A stretch of 64,000 nt of DNA from contig JAHLVW010000050.1 in NCBI GenBank assembly GCA_019058275.1, positions 12,834 to 76,833 of the forward strand. The letters run 5' to 3'. Numbering within the stretch: position 1 is the first letter of the stretch; each line of letters opens with the position of its first letter. Of the stretch, positions 10,757 through 20,736 are shown piece by piece. The translations under genes were made by a program, and so were the position numbers. Source of the DNA: Candidatus Heimdallarchaeota archaeon. GTDB lineage: Archaea > Asgardarchaeota > Heimdallarchaeia > JABLTI01. The notes beneath the pieces were generated by a model. It did not search any database and was not told the DNA's origin. It was given only the letters and a program-made list of their open reading frames with translations.

Positions 10757-11872
10757 TTAGATTGAAACGACTATAAGAATCATTGTTACTAAAGCAAGAA
10801 ATGAAGATACTAATGAAACCAATCCCATTGAAAGAACAATTTCCTTTTCACTTAAAGGTTGTTTGCTAACTAACCAACGAGTCAAGGTTAAAGGTGCTTT
10901 TTCATTGGGGTTTGCAGCAACTTTAGTTTCTTTCTCCTTCTCACTTAGTTCAAGAACTTTAGTTGGTCTTTCCTTTATTTCCCTTCGCTCTCTAAAACCT
11001 CTGATGCTATGAATAATCTGGAAGGAATTCATAATTTGAGGCATCATTGCTACAATAATGATGATCTCAATTCGACCAAAGATTGCTACCAGAGCAATAA
11101 CTGCTCCTACTGTTAGACTACCAGTATCTCCACAAAAGATCTTGGCGGGGTATTTGTTGAACCAGAAGAAGGCAAAGAGACAACTGAAAAGCAAGATTGA
11201 CAAGACCATTCCTGGGAAGGTAACAATACCTTTGAAATAAAAGACCAGAGTAGCGATAATGCCAGTTCCTGAAACAGCTAACATAGTAACAGGAGTTGAG
11301 CCATTCATGACATCAATCATATTTGTTGCATTTGATAAAACGGTAATAGCAAAGGGAACTAGTATCCAATAAATAATCGTAATTCTAACTTGACCTATCA
11401 AAGGTAGATAGGGAGTAGGATCAAATAAAAGCAAACCATCATTAGCAAAAGAGGGATTTTCAACAAGCTGCCAAATGATAATGGGAATACTTGGAATTAG
11501 TAGCAAGAAAGGTTTGACTATCGCACCTAATGCTTTAAGATCATCCCAAACACCAATTGCACCAACAATCAGAATTACAAGAGTAGCGACAGTGAAGTGT
11601 TGCCAGTAGTCTTCCCTGAAGATAAAGATACAAGAAAAGGTAACTATCAGCATAACTATTACGAAACCAACACCACCCATCTCTGCAACTTTTGGTTTGT
11701 CAGCTTTATGGACATCATGACCATAAATACCCTTTTTCAAGAAATACTTGCTGAGAAACCAAGTTATAAAGAACGTAGTAGCAAAAGAGAAAACAAAGAT
11801 GATTATTAACCAAATCCATTCCATTAAATCCATTTCTACCACGTTCAGACTAATATCGGTGTTGAACAGCAT
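10757..11872 (-). CDS. Glycosyltransferase family 4 (UDP-GlcNAc:dolichol-P GlcNAc-1-P transferase, AglH/DPAGT1-like)
   Basis: GHDVHK, AEMGG, GVWDD, NATNMIDVMNG, NKYPAKIFCGDTG; multiple TMs. Confidence 0.88.
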   Translation of the reverse strand: MLFNTDISLNVVEMDLMEWIWLIIIFVFSFATTFFITWFLSKYFLKKGIYGHDVHKADKPKVAEMGGVGFVIVMLIVTFSCIFIFREDYWQHFTVATLVILIVGAIGVWDDLKALGAIVKPFLLLIPSIPIIIWQLVENPSFANDGLLLFDPTPYLPLIGQVRITIIYWILVPFAITVLSNATNMIDVMNGSTPVTMLAVSGTGIIATLVFYFKGIVTFPGMVLSILLFSCLFAFFWFNKYPAKIFCGDTGSLTVGAVIALVAIFGRIEIIIIVAMMPQIMNSFQIIHSIRGFRERREIKERPTKVLELSEKEKETKVAANPNEKAPLTLTRWLVSKQPLSEKEIVLSMGLVSLVSSFLALVTMILIVVSI

Positions 11873-12075
11873 TTAGTCAATTAAAAAATTTTTGATGATT
11901 GACGACTTTCAAACAACACTTACAAAGAAATTATAAATGAGAATTAGAGCTAGAAGCGTTAATTAAAGCTAAAACAGACTTGAAAAACTATTTATTTATA
12001 CGATTGCAAGTTAACCAATTACTCGAATTAATGAAATTGTAATTTTTGTAAAAAAACAAAGAAGGTAAATGAAAA

Positions 12076-13941
12076 TTGTCAAAACAAAAAACCAAAATGC
12101 TACTTAGTGGTAATGAAGCCATAGCAAGGGGCATTTTGGAAGCAGGAGTAGACATAGCAGCAGCGTATCCAGGAACACCTTCAACCGAAATCATGGGAAC
12201 AATAGCCATATTCGGGAAAGAAACTGGAATGCATGCTGAATGGTCAATAAATGAAAAAGTAGCATTTGAGGTAGCATTAGGTGCCTCATGGAGTGGGTTA
12301 AGGTCATTTACTGCTGCAAAACATGTAGGGTTAAATGTAGCAGCAGATTCGTTCTTTACAGCAGCGCTATTTGGTGGTATGAAAGGAGGATTCGTCATGA
12401 CTATTGCTGATGATCCAAGTTTTCATTCAAGCCAAAATGAGCAAGATACAAGAATGTACGCATTAGCAGCTCATGCAATTTGTATGGAACCATCAACACC
12501 ACAAGAAGCATTGGATATGATAAAATATGCTTATGAATTCTCTGAGAAATGGGAATCATTGGTAATTCTTCGTTCTACAACAAGATTAAGTCACTCGAGA
12601 GGACCAGTTGAACTAGGAGAGATACCACCCAATAAGGATAACCACAAAGGAGAATTTGTGAAAGATCCAGCGAAATTTGTTTGCTTGCCAGGAAATGCTA
12701 GAAGAACAAAACCACTACTATTAGCGAAAATGGAAGAGCTAAAGGACTATGCTTGCAATTCTAAATGGAATGTAGTAGAAGAAGGGAAAGATCCATTACT
12801 AATCATAACTTCAGGAGTATCTTATACATACGTAAAAGATGCAATACAAGAAATGGGCATTAATCCAACAATCTACAAAATTGGATTCAGTAATCCATTA
12901 CCTGAAGCAAAAATAATTGAATTTCTAAAGAAACATCCTAAATGCTTGATTGCTGAAGAAGTAGAACCTTATTTAGAATTAAATGTAAAAGCTCTAGCAG
13001 CTGAAAACAGGATACAAGTCAAAATATATGGCAGAAAGGAAAAGGTAATTCCAATATCCAACGAATTAAATCCACTTATTCTAATAGAAGCAATTTCAAA
13101 AGTAATGGATAAAAAAGTTGAAGGTATTGATGAAAAACTCCCTACTCTAGGTGAAATTAACGAACAATTACCAAATAGACCACCTGAACTATGCGCAGGA
13201 TGTCCCCACAGAGCAACATATTATGCGATAAAAAGAGCTTCAAGAAAAAGAAGTCTAAAACCAATAATGCCAGGGGATATAGGATGCTATACTCTAGGAT
13301 TTATGCCACCATTGAATTCTGTGGATACAACAGTAGCAATGGGAGCATCAATAGGAATTGCTAATGGAATCGCTCAAGCAACAAATCAGGTAGTGATACC
13401 AGTAATTGGTGACAGTACATTCTTTCATACAGGCATACCACCATTAATCAATGCAATTGTTAACAATGCAAAATTCACTTTAGTAATAATGGACAACAGA
13501 ACTACAGCAATGACCGGTTTTCAACCGACGCCTGAAACTGGTAAAGGCGCTTTTGGTGATCCTACAGGTATTGTTACTATAGAACAAGTTGTTAAAGGAC
13601 TTGGTATTAAAAATCTACATATTATAGATCCCTATGATCTTGATAACGCTATTGATGTCATTGGTAAAACCCTTGATTCTGGTGAACTGTCAGTTATCAT
13701 TTCTCGTCGTGACTGTGCTTTAGAATATATTCGTAAGATGCGCAAAGCTAAGAAAGAGCTTGACAAATACTACACTGACGAAGAAATTTGTATTGGCTGT
13801 CGCACTTGTGTCCGTAGTTTTGCTTGTCCGGCTATCACTTTTGACGATGAGAAGAAGAAATCTCATGTTGATGAATCCATGTGTATGGGTTGTGGCGTTT
13901 GTCGCATCCTCTGCCCTGTTGATGCTTTTACTAAGAGGTGA
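12076..13941 (+). CDS. iorA: Indolepyruvate:ferredoxin oxidoreductase alpha subunit
   Basis: GNEAIARG, YPGTPS, KHVGLNVAAD, SSQNEQD, CAGCPH, GDIGC, GDSTFFH, C-terminal 2x4Fe-4S. Confidence 0.95.
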   Translation: MSKQKTKMLLSGNEAIARGILEAGVDIAAAYPGTPSTEIMGTIAIFGKETGMHAEWSINEKVAFEVALGASWSGLRSFTAAKHVGLNVAADSFFTAALFGGMKGGFVMTIADDPSFHSSQNEQDTRMYALAAHAICMEPSTPQEALDMIKYAYEFSEKWESLVILRSTTRLSHSRGPVELGEIPPNKDNHKGEFVKDPAKFVCLPGNARRTKPLLLAKMEELKDYACNSKWNVVEEGKDPLLIITSGVSYTYVKDAIQEMGINPTIYKIGFSNPLPEAKIIEFLKKHPKCLIAEEVEPYLELNVKALAAENRIQVKIYGRKEKVIPISNELNPLILIEAISKVMDKKVEGIDEKLPTLGEINEQLPNRPPELCAGCPHRATYYAIKRASRKRSLKPIMPGDIGCYTLGFMPPLNSVDTTVAMGASIGIANGIAQATNQVVIPVIGDSTFFHTGIPPLINAIVNNAKFTLVIMDNRTTAMTGFQPTPETGKGAFGDPTGIVTIEQVVKGLGIKNLHIIDPYDLDNAIDVIGKTLDSGELSVIISRRDCALEYIRKMRKAKKELDKYYTDEEICIGCRTCVRSFACPAITFDDEKKKSHVDESMCMGCGVCRILCPVDAFTKR

Positions 13942-13947
13942 AAAAAG

Positions 13948-14571
13948 ATGACCAAATTAGATAAATCCTATCAGATTGAAATTGCTGGTGTTGGCGGTAC
14001 TGGAGTCTTAACAGCTGCTAATCTTATTGGTAATGCTGCTTTAATTTCAGATGTTTACATTGCTCAAAGCGAGATTCATGGTATGGCCCAACGAGGTGGT
14101 GTTGTCAACACTGAAATCCGTTTAGGACCTATCAGTGGACCTTTGATCCCCGATGGTGGAGCAGATGTTCTATTAAGCTTTGAACTTGGTGAAACTGCTC
14201 GAGCTATACGCAAACTCAATCCTAAAACTGGCTTTGTTATTATGAACAGTCATAAAATTATCCCACCAAGTCTAAGTGCTAAGAAAGGAACCAAATATCC
14301 TGAAGTAGAAGATATTCTTTCCATTATCACAAAATTCACTGACAAAGTTTACACTATTGACGCTTATGAGCTTGCCACTCAAGCTGGTGATACTCGAACA
14401 CAAAATGTTGTTCTTGTTGGTGCCCTTTTCGCAACCCCTGGTTTTCCATTAACTAAAGAATCTCTTGAGAAATCACTAAACATTAGATTCAAAGGAAATG
14501 AGAAAATCGTAGCAACTAACATGAAAGCTTTTGAGTTAGGTTATAACAAAATGAAAGAATTAATGAAGTAG
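13948..14571 (+). CDS. iorB: Indolepyruvate:ferredoxin oxidoreductase beta subunit
   Basis: GVGGTG, SEIHGMAQRGG, NVVLVG, NMKAFELG; follows iorA. Confidence 0.93.
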   Translation: MTKLDKSYQIEIAGVGGTGVLTAANLIGNAALISDVYIAQSEIHGMAQRGGVVNTEIRLGPISGPLIPDGGADVLLSFELGETARAIRKLNPKTGFVIMNSHKIIPPSLSAKKGTKYPEVEDILSIITKFTDKVYTIDAYELATQAGDTRTQNVVLVGALFATPGFPLTKESLEKSLNIRFKGNEKIVATNMKAFELGYNKMKELMK

Positions 14572-14600
14572 TTTTTTTACTTCAACCTTTTTTTCTTATT
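14572..14600 (+). terminator. T-tract archaeal terminator after iorB
   Basis: TTTTTTTACTTCAACCTTTTTTTCTT immediately after the stop. Confidence 0.45.
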
Positions 14601-14786
14601 GTTATTACTCAGTCGAAACTCAAAAATTCTTCCTATTTTTTAATTGAATATACATTCAAATAAAAATAATTTTGTAAATTTTCATTGATTTAAAAAAAAT
14701 CATTATTTTTGGCGTTAAGTATATAAATTACAAAAACAAACAAAGTAAAATTTAATGCTTAAATTAAAAACAGGAGATTAACATTA

Positions 14787-16616
14787 ATGGCAGTTAGTGT
14801 ATCACTCGAGACAACTAGCGAACCTATTAAAAGATCTAGAAGATTTGCTACTTTGGATTTCGCACGAGGATTAGCTATTTTCTTAATGGTTGGACTTCAT
14901 ACATTAAGTTTGGTTCTTAATATACCTGATTTACTCGCGGATATAAATAATATACCTCTCGTTAATCTTATAGCTTTGATCATTATACCTTTTTATGGCG
15001 GAATTGCAGGATTTTTCCTCATTGTTTCTTCGACTAGTAATATGGTTAGTATGTATAGGAATCTTGAGAAAGGTCATTCTGTTAAAAGTATTGTAATAAA
15101 GCAAATTATTGGAGGAATTCTTTTACTGATATTTGCTATGTTATGTGAGGGGCTAATTGGTTATCATGGTGCTTTTGGTAATTTCTTCTTACATCTTGAT
15201 AATCCTGCAGAATACTTTCAATATGATCAAATTCTAAATTATGAGCATTGGACTGAAGATCTTGTTTATAATTGGCAAACGTTGTTATTTCGATGGAATC
15301 ATTTTGAGACAATTCATACAATTGCCTGGTGTTTGATTCTTAATGGAATAACTCAAGGATTACTCTCTCTTAAGAAAAATTGGCAGAATAGAAAACGAAT
15401 GATAATTTCCTATGCTATATTAGCTGTTGTTGTTGTAATTTTAACACAACCAATTTGGGAATTAGTAAAAGTAATCTTACCAGGATATCCTTTTGGTTTC
15501 ATATCTGAAACTGGTAATGTCCAATTTACTCCTGTGATCGGCGAAGATAGTTGGTGGCGGATTATTACTGCACCATTTTTCAGTGCACTTGCTGCTCCTA
15601 TGGAACCAATTTTCCCATATCTGGCTATATCATATATTGGTAGCATTATTGGAGTAGTGATAACTAAACCTCGAGAAGAAACGAATAAAAATTTCCCGAG
15701 AATAATGTTTTCTGTTGGTTCAATAATGTTTATTGCTGGAACAATTGGTGTAATTGTCATTATTGTTGGTATTATTGGAACAACAGATTTTGATACCGCA
15801 ATTACAGTGTATCAGTTAATACCTTATCATCGGCATTGGTCGCCAGATTACGCGAGCTATATACCATTATTTTCTTGGTTTGCACAATTCCTTGCAGTTA
15901 ATGGTTTTAGTCTAATGCTTGTAATGCTGCTCTTCAGATTAATTGAATATCGAGGTAAAAGTAAAAAATTTTCAGATAAAACAAGGTTTATACGAAGATT
16001 TGGCACTGTAGCATTTTCAAATTACAATAACCAATATATCTACTATATTATGTTTTATTTAATGTCGTTAGCATTATACGGGAATCCGTATAACAAACTA
16101 TTTTGGCCTGGAACATTTCTTACGATCTTTCTGACGTTAATTGTTTACTTACTGTTATTATTTGGTTGGGAAAAAATCAAGTACATCGGTTCTTTGGAAT
16201 GGTTTATCCGAACTTTTACCAATAATGTAGTTCCAGCACGTAAACAGAAATTCGATTCTTCCGTCAAATGGTGGCAAAAAGGACTAGTTGATGTTGAAGG
16301 TACCTTCTACAACCCCGAATGGATTGATTTAGTTAATCCTGAAGAAGATAAGGTAAAAAATGAGGAGCTATTTCTTTCAGAGAAAAGAGATTCAAAGCTT
16401 GCACTGATATTATCTATTGTTGGATTAGTTACAATTGTCCTCAATGCTGCAAGCATCTTTGGTTTGTTTGTTTCCTTAAATGCTAGAAAGATCGAAGGCA
16501 GAAGTAAACTTAACAATGCAGCTTTGATAATTTCCATTATTGGATGTGTTTTCTTTGTTACATTTTATACCATAAGTTTCATTATTAAAATAGGAGCATT
16601 GGGTTTACCACTTTAA
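14787..16616 (+). CDS. Polytopic membrane protein, acyltransferase-like (DUF1624/DUF418-like)
   Basis: N-terminal RFATLDFARGLAIFLMVGLH, later GSLEWFIR; many TMs. Confidence 0.6.
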   Translation: MAVSVSLETTSEPIKRSRRFATLDFARGLAIFLMVGLHTLSLVLNIPDLLADINNIPLVNLIALIIIPFYGGIAGFFLIVSSTSNMVSMYRNLEKGHSVKSIVIKQIIGGILLLIFAMLCEGLIGYHGAFGNFFLHLDNPAEYFQYDQILNYEHWTEDLVYNWQTLLFRWNHFETIHTIAWCLILNGITQGLLSLKKNWQNRKRMIISYAILAVVVVILTQPIWELVKVILPGYPFGFISETGNVQFTPVIGEDSWWRIITAPFFSALAAPMEPIFPYLAISYIGSIIGVVITKPREETNKNFPRIMFSVGSIMFIAGTIGVIVIIVGIIGTTDFDTAITVYQLIPYHRHWSPDYASYIPLFSWFAQFLAVNGFSLMLVMLLFRLIEYRGKSKKFSDKTRFIRRFGTVAFSNYNNQYIYYIMFYLMSLALYGNPYNKLFWPGTFLTIFLTLIVYLLLLFGWEKIKYIGSLEWFIRTFTNNVVPARKQKFDSSVKWWQKGLVDVEGTFYNPEWIDLVNPEEDKVKNEELFLSEKRDSKLALILSIVGLVTIVLNAASIFGLFVSLNARKIEGRSKLNNAALIISIIGCVFFVTFYTISFIIKIGALGLPL

Positions 16617-16702
16617 TCCTATTTTTGTTTTTTTATAGCATTTCTCATTTCCGATTGTTTAAATAATCTAGGGAGCAGTACTAATATAAGAGAAATTATA
16701 AA

Positions 16703-17008
16703 TTGGCTTTTTGGGAAATAGATGTCAGAAAGACCCACAGACAGGGAAGAAAATGTTCTAAATGTGGAACTGAATTAGGACAAAACAGTAATATTTGTCC
16801 TAAATGCTCACACGATGTTACTAAACGTGTTGATGTCAAAATTGACAAAAATGAGACACAAGTAGAATGTCCAGGTTGTAAAGCTTTGAACAAACCTGGT
16901 AGCGTTACTTGTACTTCATGTGGATCTAATATAACAGAGCTCAAAATGTCTAAATCTATTGATTTAGATATTTTACACATTACAGACAAAAGAAAGAAGA
17001 AAAAATAA
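16703..17008 (+). CDS. Double zinc-ribbon protein
   Basis: Four CxxC pairs (CSKC, CPKC, CPGC, CTSC); basic C-terminus. Confidence 0.75.
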   Translation: MAFWEIDVRKTHRQGRKCSKCGTELGQNSNICPKCSHDVTKRVDVKIDKNETQVECPGCKALNKPGSVTCTSCGSNITELKMSKSIDLDILHITDKRKKKK

Positions 17009-17080
17009 TCTCTTTTACCTGGTTAATATTCTTATTTTTAAAAGGTTTATTAGTCATAGTTGTTCTAAAACTAGCTGGAG

Positions 17081-17767
17081 TTGACTACCTTTCTCATCCT
17101 TGACAAATACTTAGATGATTCAAAAGTGGAAGTGACTTTCAGGAATAGTATAACAAATATTCACATTGATGAGTTATTATTCTTCAAGGATATGCAAATA
17201 CCTGACTACTTGAAACTTTTTTATCAACAAACCAACGGTCTTCTTATTAAAAGTGAGTATTTTCTAGATGATTTAGAGGACCCTTCACATCTATTAATTA
17301 ACGCTTGCGATGAGCTTTTCTTTACTGCAAAAAGGGTTAACCTTCTCCCAGACAAGCGTTTTATTAGGTTTGCTGAAAACGAAGAAGATGCTTTCTATCT
17401 ACTTGATATTGATAATTTAGATCCTAATGATAACCCCCTCATTGTACTTAGTATGCCCGTGTATAAATTCACAATTCCATTAACAAATTCATTTGATGTT
17501 TTGCTTGAATCGGGTTGCTCAGGTCTTTTAGGTCTAATTGAAGGATTTGGTGCAAGTGAAGGAAAAGCTATTCCAGACATTCCACAGAAGATGCTAAAGA
17601 AGAAAAGCATAATACTTCCTATTTTGAAGGATTTCTTTGTTACTGCAAAAAGAGAGTATGAGCTTCTGGATATTTGGCATATTTCATCTAAAGCTAAAAG
17701 TCTGATTAATCACAGCACTGCATTGTGGTTTAAGGGATTAAAAAGTCTACTTAATGCTTTCAAGTGA
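17081..17767 (+). CDS. SMI1/KNR4 (SUKH)-like protein
   Basis: IPDYLKLFYQQTNG resembles the SUKH LPxxYxxFxxxxNG motif; FIRFAE...FYLLD...SFDVLL fits the fold. Confidence 0.55.
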   Translation: MTTFLILDKYLDDSKVEVTFRNSITNIHIDELLFFKDMQIPDYLKLFYQQTNGLLIKSEYFLDDLEDPSHLLINACDELFFTAKRVNLLPDKRFIRFAENEEDAFYLLDIDNLDPNDNPLIVLSMPVYKFTIPLTNSFDVLLESGCSGLLGLIEGFGASEGKAIPDIPQKMLKKKSIILPILKDFFVTAKREYELLDIWHISSKAKSLINHSTALWFKGLKSLLNAFK

Positions 17768-17799
17768 TTAGAAAATAAAAAGAAAGAAAAGGGATTAGC

Positions 17800-20088
17800 T
17801 CAGAGTTCTTTAGAACGAGCCATGAATGAAGCATTAATAATTTGTTGAATAGCTCTAACGAGAGCATCTTGTTCTGTTACAAAGCTTGTTAGCTCGCTGT
17901 CTCTAGTCGTTGGAGCTAATAGTACTTCTGCACCATCTCTTGTAACTGCGAAGAAGTCTCTCATTGTGTACTGCCAAATAGTAATATTTCCTTGTTCTTT
18001 GAGAGCAGCAAGGAGTGCTTCATCTCTAAATGGATCAACATCAGCGAGAACACGAATTCTCACTCTTTTTGAGATTTGTTTTGTTAACAGGTCAACCAAG
18101 TTCTGATCAATTGTTGGAATAACAATTGTGCATGTTGATTTCGTTCGTAATAGCATGTCAGATATTGCTGTCATAGAATTTTGATTTCCATAAATAATGA
18201 TCGAATGGGGTTTTGGCACAGGGATTATTTGATCGACTGAATTAGTTATTTCTTGCAGGTAGGTTTTTGTCTCATTTACCTTGTAGATGATTCCTGCCAA
18301 CCTGCTAGATATTTCATTACTGGAATTTGTGAATGAATCCTTTAGTGTTTCCAGGAATTTCTCTCCTGCATCTCCGATAATATTCAATGAAGCAGTTTGA
18401 TCTCTATTCAATGTTGTTAGATATCCATCTAAGGTTCTTGTATATTCAGAAATCATTTCAGAAGCAATTGATTTTGGTTTGCTTAGCTCTTCTAGCACTT
18501 GAGTCTTAAATGCGAACTTCATATCATCTGTTAGATAGCGTATAGTTTCCAATGCTTTGTTATTACTCTCATTGTGCATTCTCAATCTCTTTGATGAATT
18601 TAGGAATAGATTCTCCAATGCATCTTCTAGATCTGTAAATATAACATCTCTTAGTGGAGCTAAGATCATTGATATGCTGTCCTTTAAACCTTCTACATGT
18701 TTTAAAGTGTTATTAAATGCCTCTTTTGAGGTGCTGGTGATCTTCGGATTTGTTTCCTTTAGCACATCTTTTACTGCATTGTTAAGATCAGCTTCATATT
18801 TCTTAGCTACTACATCCCAATCTTTGCTTAATTTCTCTTTTAATGACTTTAATTGTGTAGATCCATCTTTCAGTTGTTTTGCGAGAACTGCATCATTGTT
18901 CTTCATTAACTGACCGATTCCATCAATGATGTTCTTTTGATAAATCTTAAGAGCTTCATCATATGCACCCTTAATTTGTTGGGATAATTTATCGATTTTC
19001 TCAGATCGTTCTTTGGCTTCTTGCACTAATCTTGGATTAGGCTTCTTTAACAAACCAGTTTTTGCTATTTCATCAATGTTCTCTTTTAGGTTTGAAGCTT
19101 CCACAGAGAGTTGGTCAATGTTCTTACCTATGTGTTCTATTACTTTTACAATTGCAGTATCAAGTTTACTCTTCTCTTGGTTTATTATACCATGTGTAGT
19201 AGTCTTGTAATTAGATACTACGTCAGAGTAATTTTTAGCAGCTTTATTAGTTACTTCTACAATACCTTTATCAAATTCCTTTAAAGTAGTGCTTAACTCA
19301 TTAATGCTGTACTTTGTAATTGATTTAACATTTTTCTGTAAAGTACTTATCTCATTTTTGTTCTCATCTAGAATTGTCTTCAATCTTTCCGGAACAGTTG
19401 CTTTGTATTCAATAAGTGCATTATCTAATGGTTCAAGCATATCTTGTATTGTTTTATTCATCAACTGCTCAAATTTTTGCATTCTTTCAGTTGCTTTGTC
19501 TGATTCATCTCGAAGAAGTACACTTACCTCATTACTAAGATTTGATAATTCATTGCTGATGGATAAAAAGGTCTTTGAGAATCCTTCTGTAAGCATTAAA
19601 TCAAAATCCTCAGCTAAATTGGAGACTTTATCAGAATGACGATAAATGGAATTTGTTAAATCCATTTTAAGCTGTTCATTAGAAGTTCGTAATTCTTCTG
19701 CAACTTTATCAAAGATAGGAGTGATAGAAGATTTGAATTCAGACATATGCTGAGTTAAAGTATCATAGCTTTGATCAAATACATTGATTAGTGAGTTTTC
19801 AATCCCAATAATGTCATTTTGGAATTCCTTTTCGACAAATAGAAATCCTTTGAGGAAAGGTTCTACAGCAATGTATCTGTTGATTTTCCCCTCAATCTTT
19901 TTTAAATAACCTCTATTAGACAGATCTTGAACAATCTCTTGTAATTCATCTAGTTGTATTCCTGTTTGCAGATACATTTCACCAAGGGAAGCATTACCAA
20001 TTCCCAAAATTGTCAAATATACTTGTTGTTCTAGCTCTGAAAAACCTATTTGACTTAATAGTGAACTTTGGACATTCTTTAATGACAT
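17800..20088 (-). CDS. TrmB-like wHTH + long helical/coiled-coil + TrmB/PLD-like C-terminal domain
   Basis: GFSELEQQVYLTIL...LSNRGYL...RYIAVEP at the N-terminus; about 550 aa amphipathic helical middle; C-terminal RVRIRVL...RDGAEVLLAP. Confidence 0.65.
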   Translation of the reverse strand: MSLKNVQSSLLSQIGFSELEQQVYLTILGIGNASLGEMYLQTGIQLDELQEIVQDLSNRGYLKKIEGKINRYIAVEPFLKGFLFVEKEFQNDIIGIENSLINVFDQSYDTLTQHMSEFKSSITPIFDKVAEELRTSNEQLKMDLTNSIYRHSDKVSNLAEDFDLMLTEGFSKTFLSISNELSNLSNEVSVLLRDESDKATERMQKFEQLMNKTIQDMLEPLDNALIEYKATVPERLKTILDENKNEISTLQKNVKSITKYSINELSTTLKEFDKGIVEVTNKAAKNYSDVVSNYKTTTHGIINQEKSKLDTAIVKVIEHIGKNIDQLSVEASNLKENIDEIAKTGLLKKPNPRLVQEAKERSEKIDKLSQQIKGAYDEALKIYQKNIIDGIGQLMKNNDAVLAKQLKDGSTQLKSLKEKLSKDWDVVAKKYEADLNNAVKDVLKETNPKITSTSKEAFNNTLKHVEGLKDSISMILAPLRDVIFTDLEDALENLFLNSSKRLRMHNESNNKALETIRYLTDDMKFAFKTQVLEELSKPKSIASEMISEYTRTLDGYLTTLNRDQTASLNIIGDAGEKFLETLKDSFTNSSNEISSRLAGIIYKVNETKTYLQEITNSVDQIIPVPKPHSIIIYGNQNSMTAISDMLLRTKSTCTIVIPTIDQNLVDLLTKQISKRVRIRVLADVDPFRDEALLAALKEQGNITIWQYTMRDFFAVTRDGAEVLLAPTTRDSELTSFVTEQDALVRAIQQIINASFMARSKEL

Positions 20089-20198
20089 TCTTATACACCC
20101 AGTATTAGCTTAATTTAGAATAATTCCAATAAATAAAATATTCTTTCCCTAGTAAATTAAAAAGTTATTTGTTTTTATAACTATTTAATTATTGTTCT

Positions 20199-20723
20199 TC
20201 AAGCATTTTTGATTATCTGACCTTCTGTTACAGTTATAAAATTGAGTGTAACCATTAAATCCAGAATATCTTTTGTTGTTATTCTAATAACATAGAGAGT
20301 AAGATTTGTTTTTTTTAGCAATGTTGATGTTAATCTCTCCATAGTAATAAATTGATTATCCATTAACATTGATAGAATCAGATCAATTATACCAATACTC
20401 ATTAGATAGTTTTGTAGTATTTCATCTACTTTAGAATCTGTAATTTCTTCTGAGGATAATTCTTCAAGTAATCGCAATCCATCTTTTGTAAACTTAAATT
20501 TACTTTTCTTCTTCTCAAATATTGGTATCCATTCACAATCATTATATCTTTGACAATGGTCACCACAAATAGGAATTTTTGTCCGAATAACTTTGACTAA
20601 TCCTAGCACTTCTAAAGAGTTCAAGCCTACGTTAAATCGTTCTTTAAAGTCATAAGTACACCCGATTTCATTTAATGATAATAATTCAAGCATTATGTCT
20701 TTTAGATTGTTAGCAATTAGCAT
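20199..20723 (-). CDS. Hypothetical protein, winged-helix-like with Cys cluster
   Basis: LEVLGLV...FKFTKDG wHTH-like pattern flanking CGDHCQRYNDC; GGAG RBS; co-oriented 13 bp behind the helicase. Confidence 0.55.
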   Translation of the reverse strand: MLIANNLKDIMLELLSLNEIGCTYDFKERFNVGLNSLEVLGLVKVIRTKIPICGDHCQRYNDCEWIPIFEKKKSKFKFTKDGLRLLEELSSEEITDSKVDEILQNYLMSIGIIDLILSMLMDNQFITMERLTSTLLKKTNLTLYVIRITTKDILDLMVTLNFITVTEGQIIKNA

Positions 20724-20736
20724 GTTCTCTTTCTCC

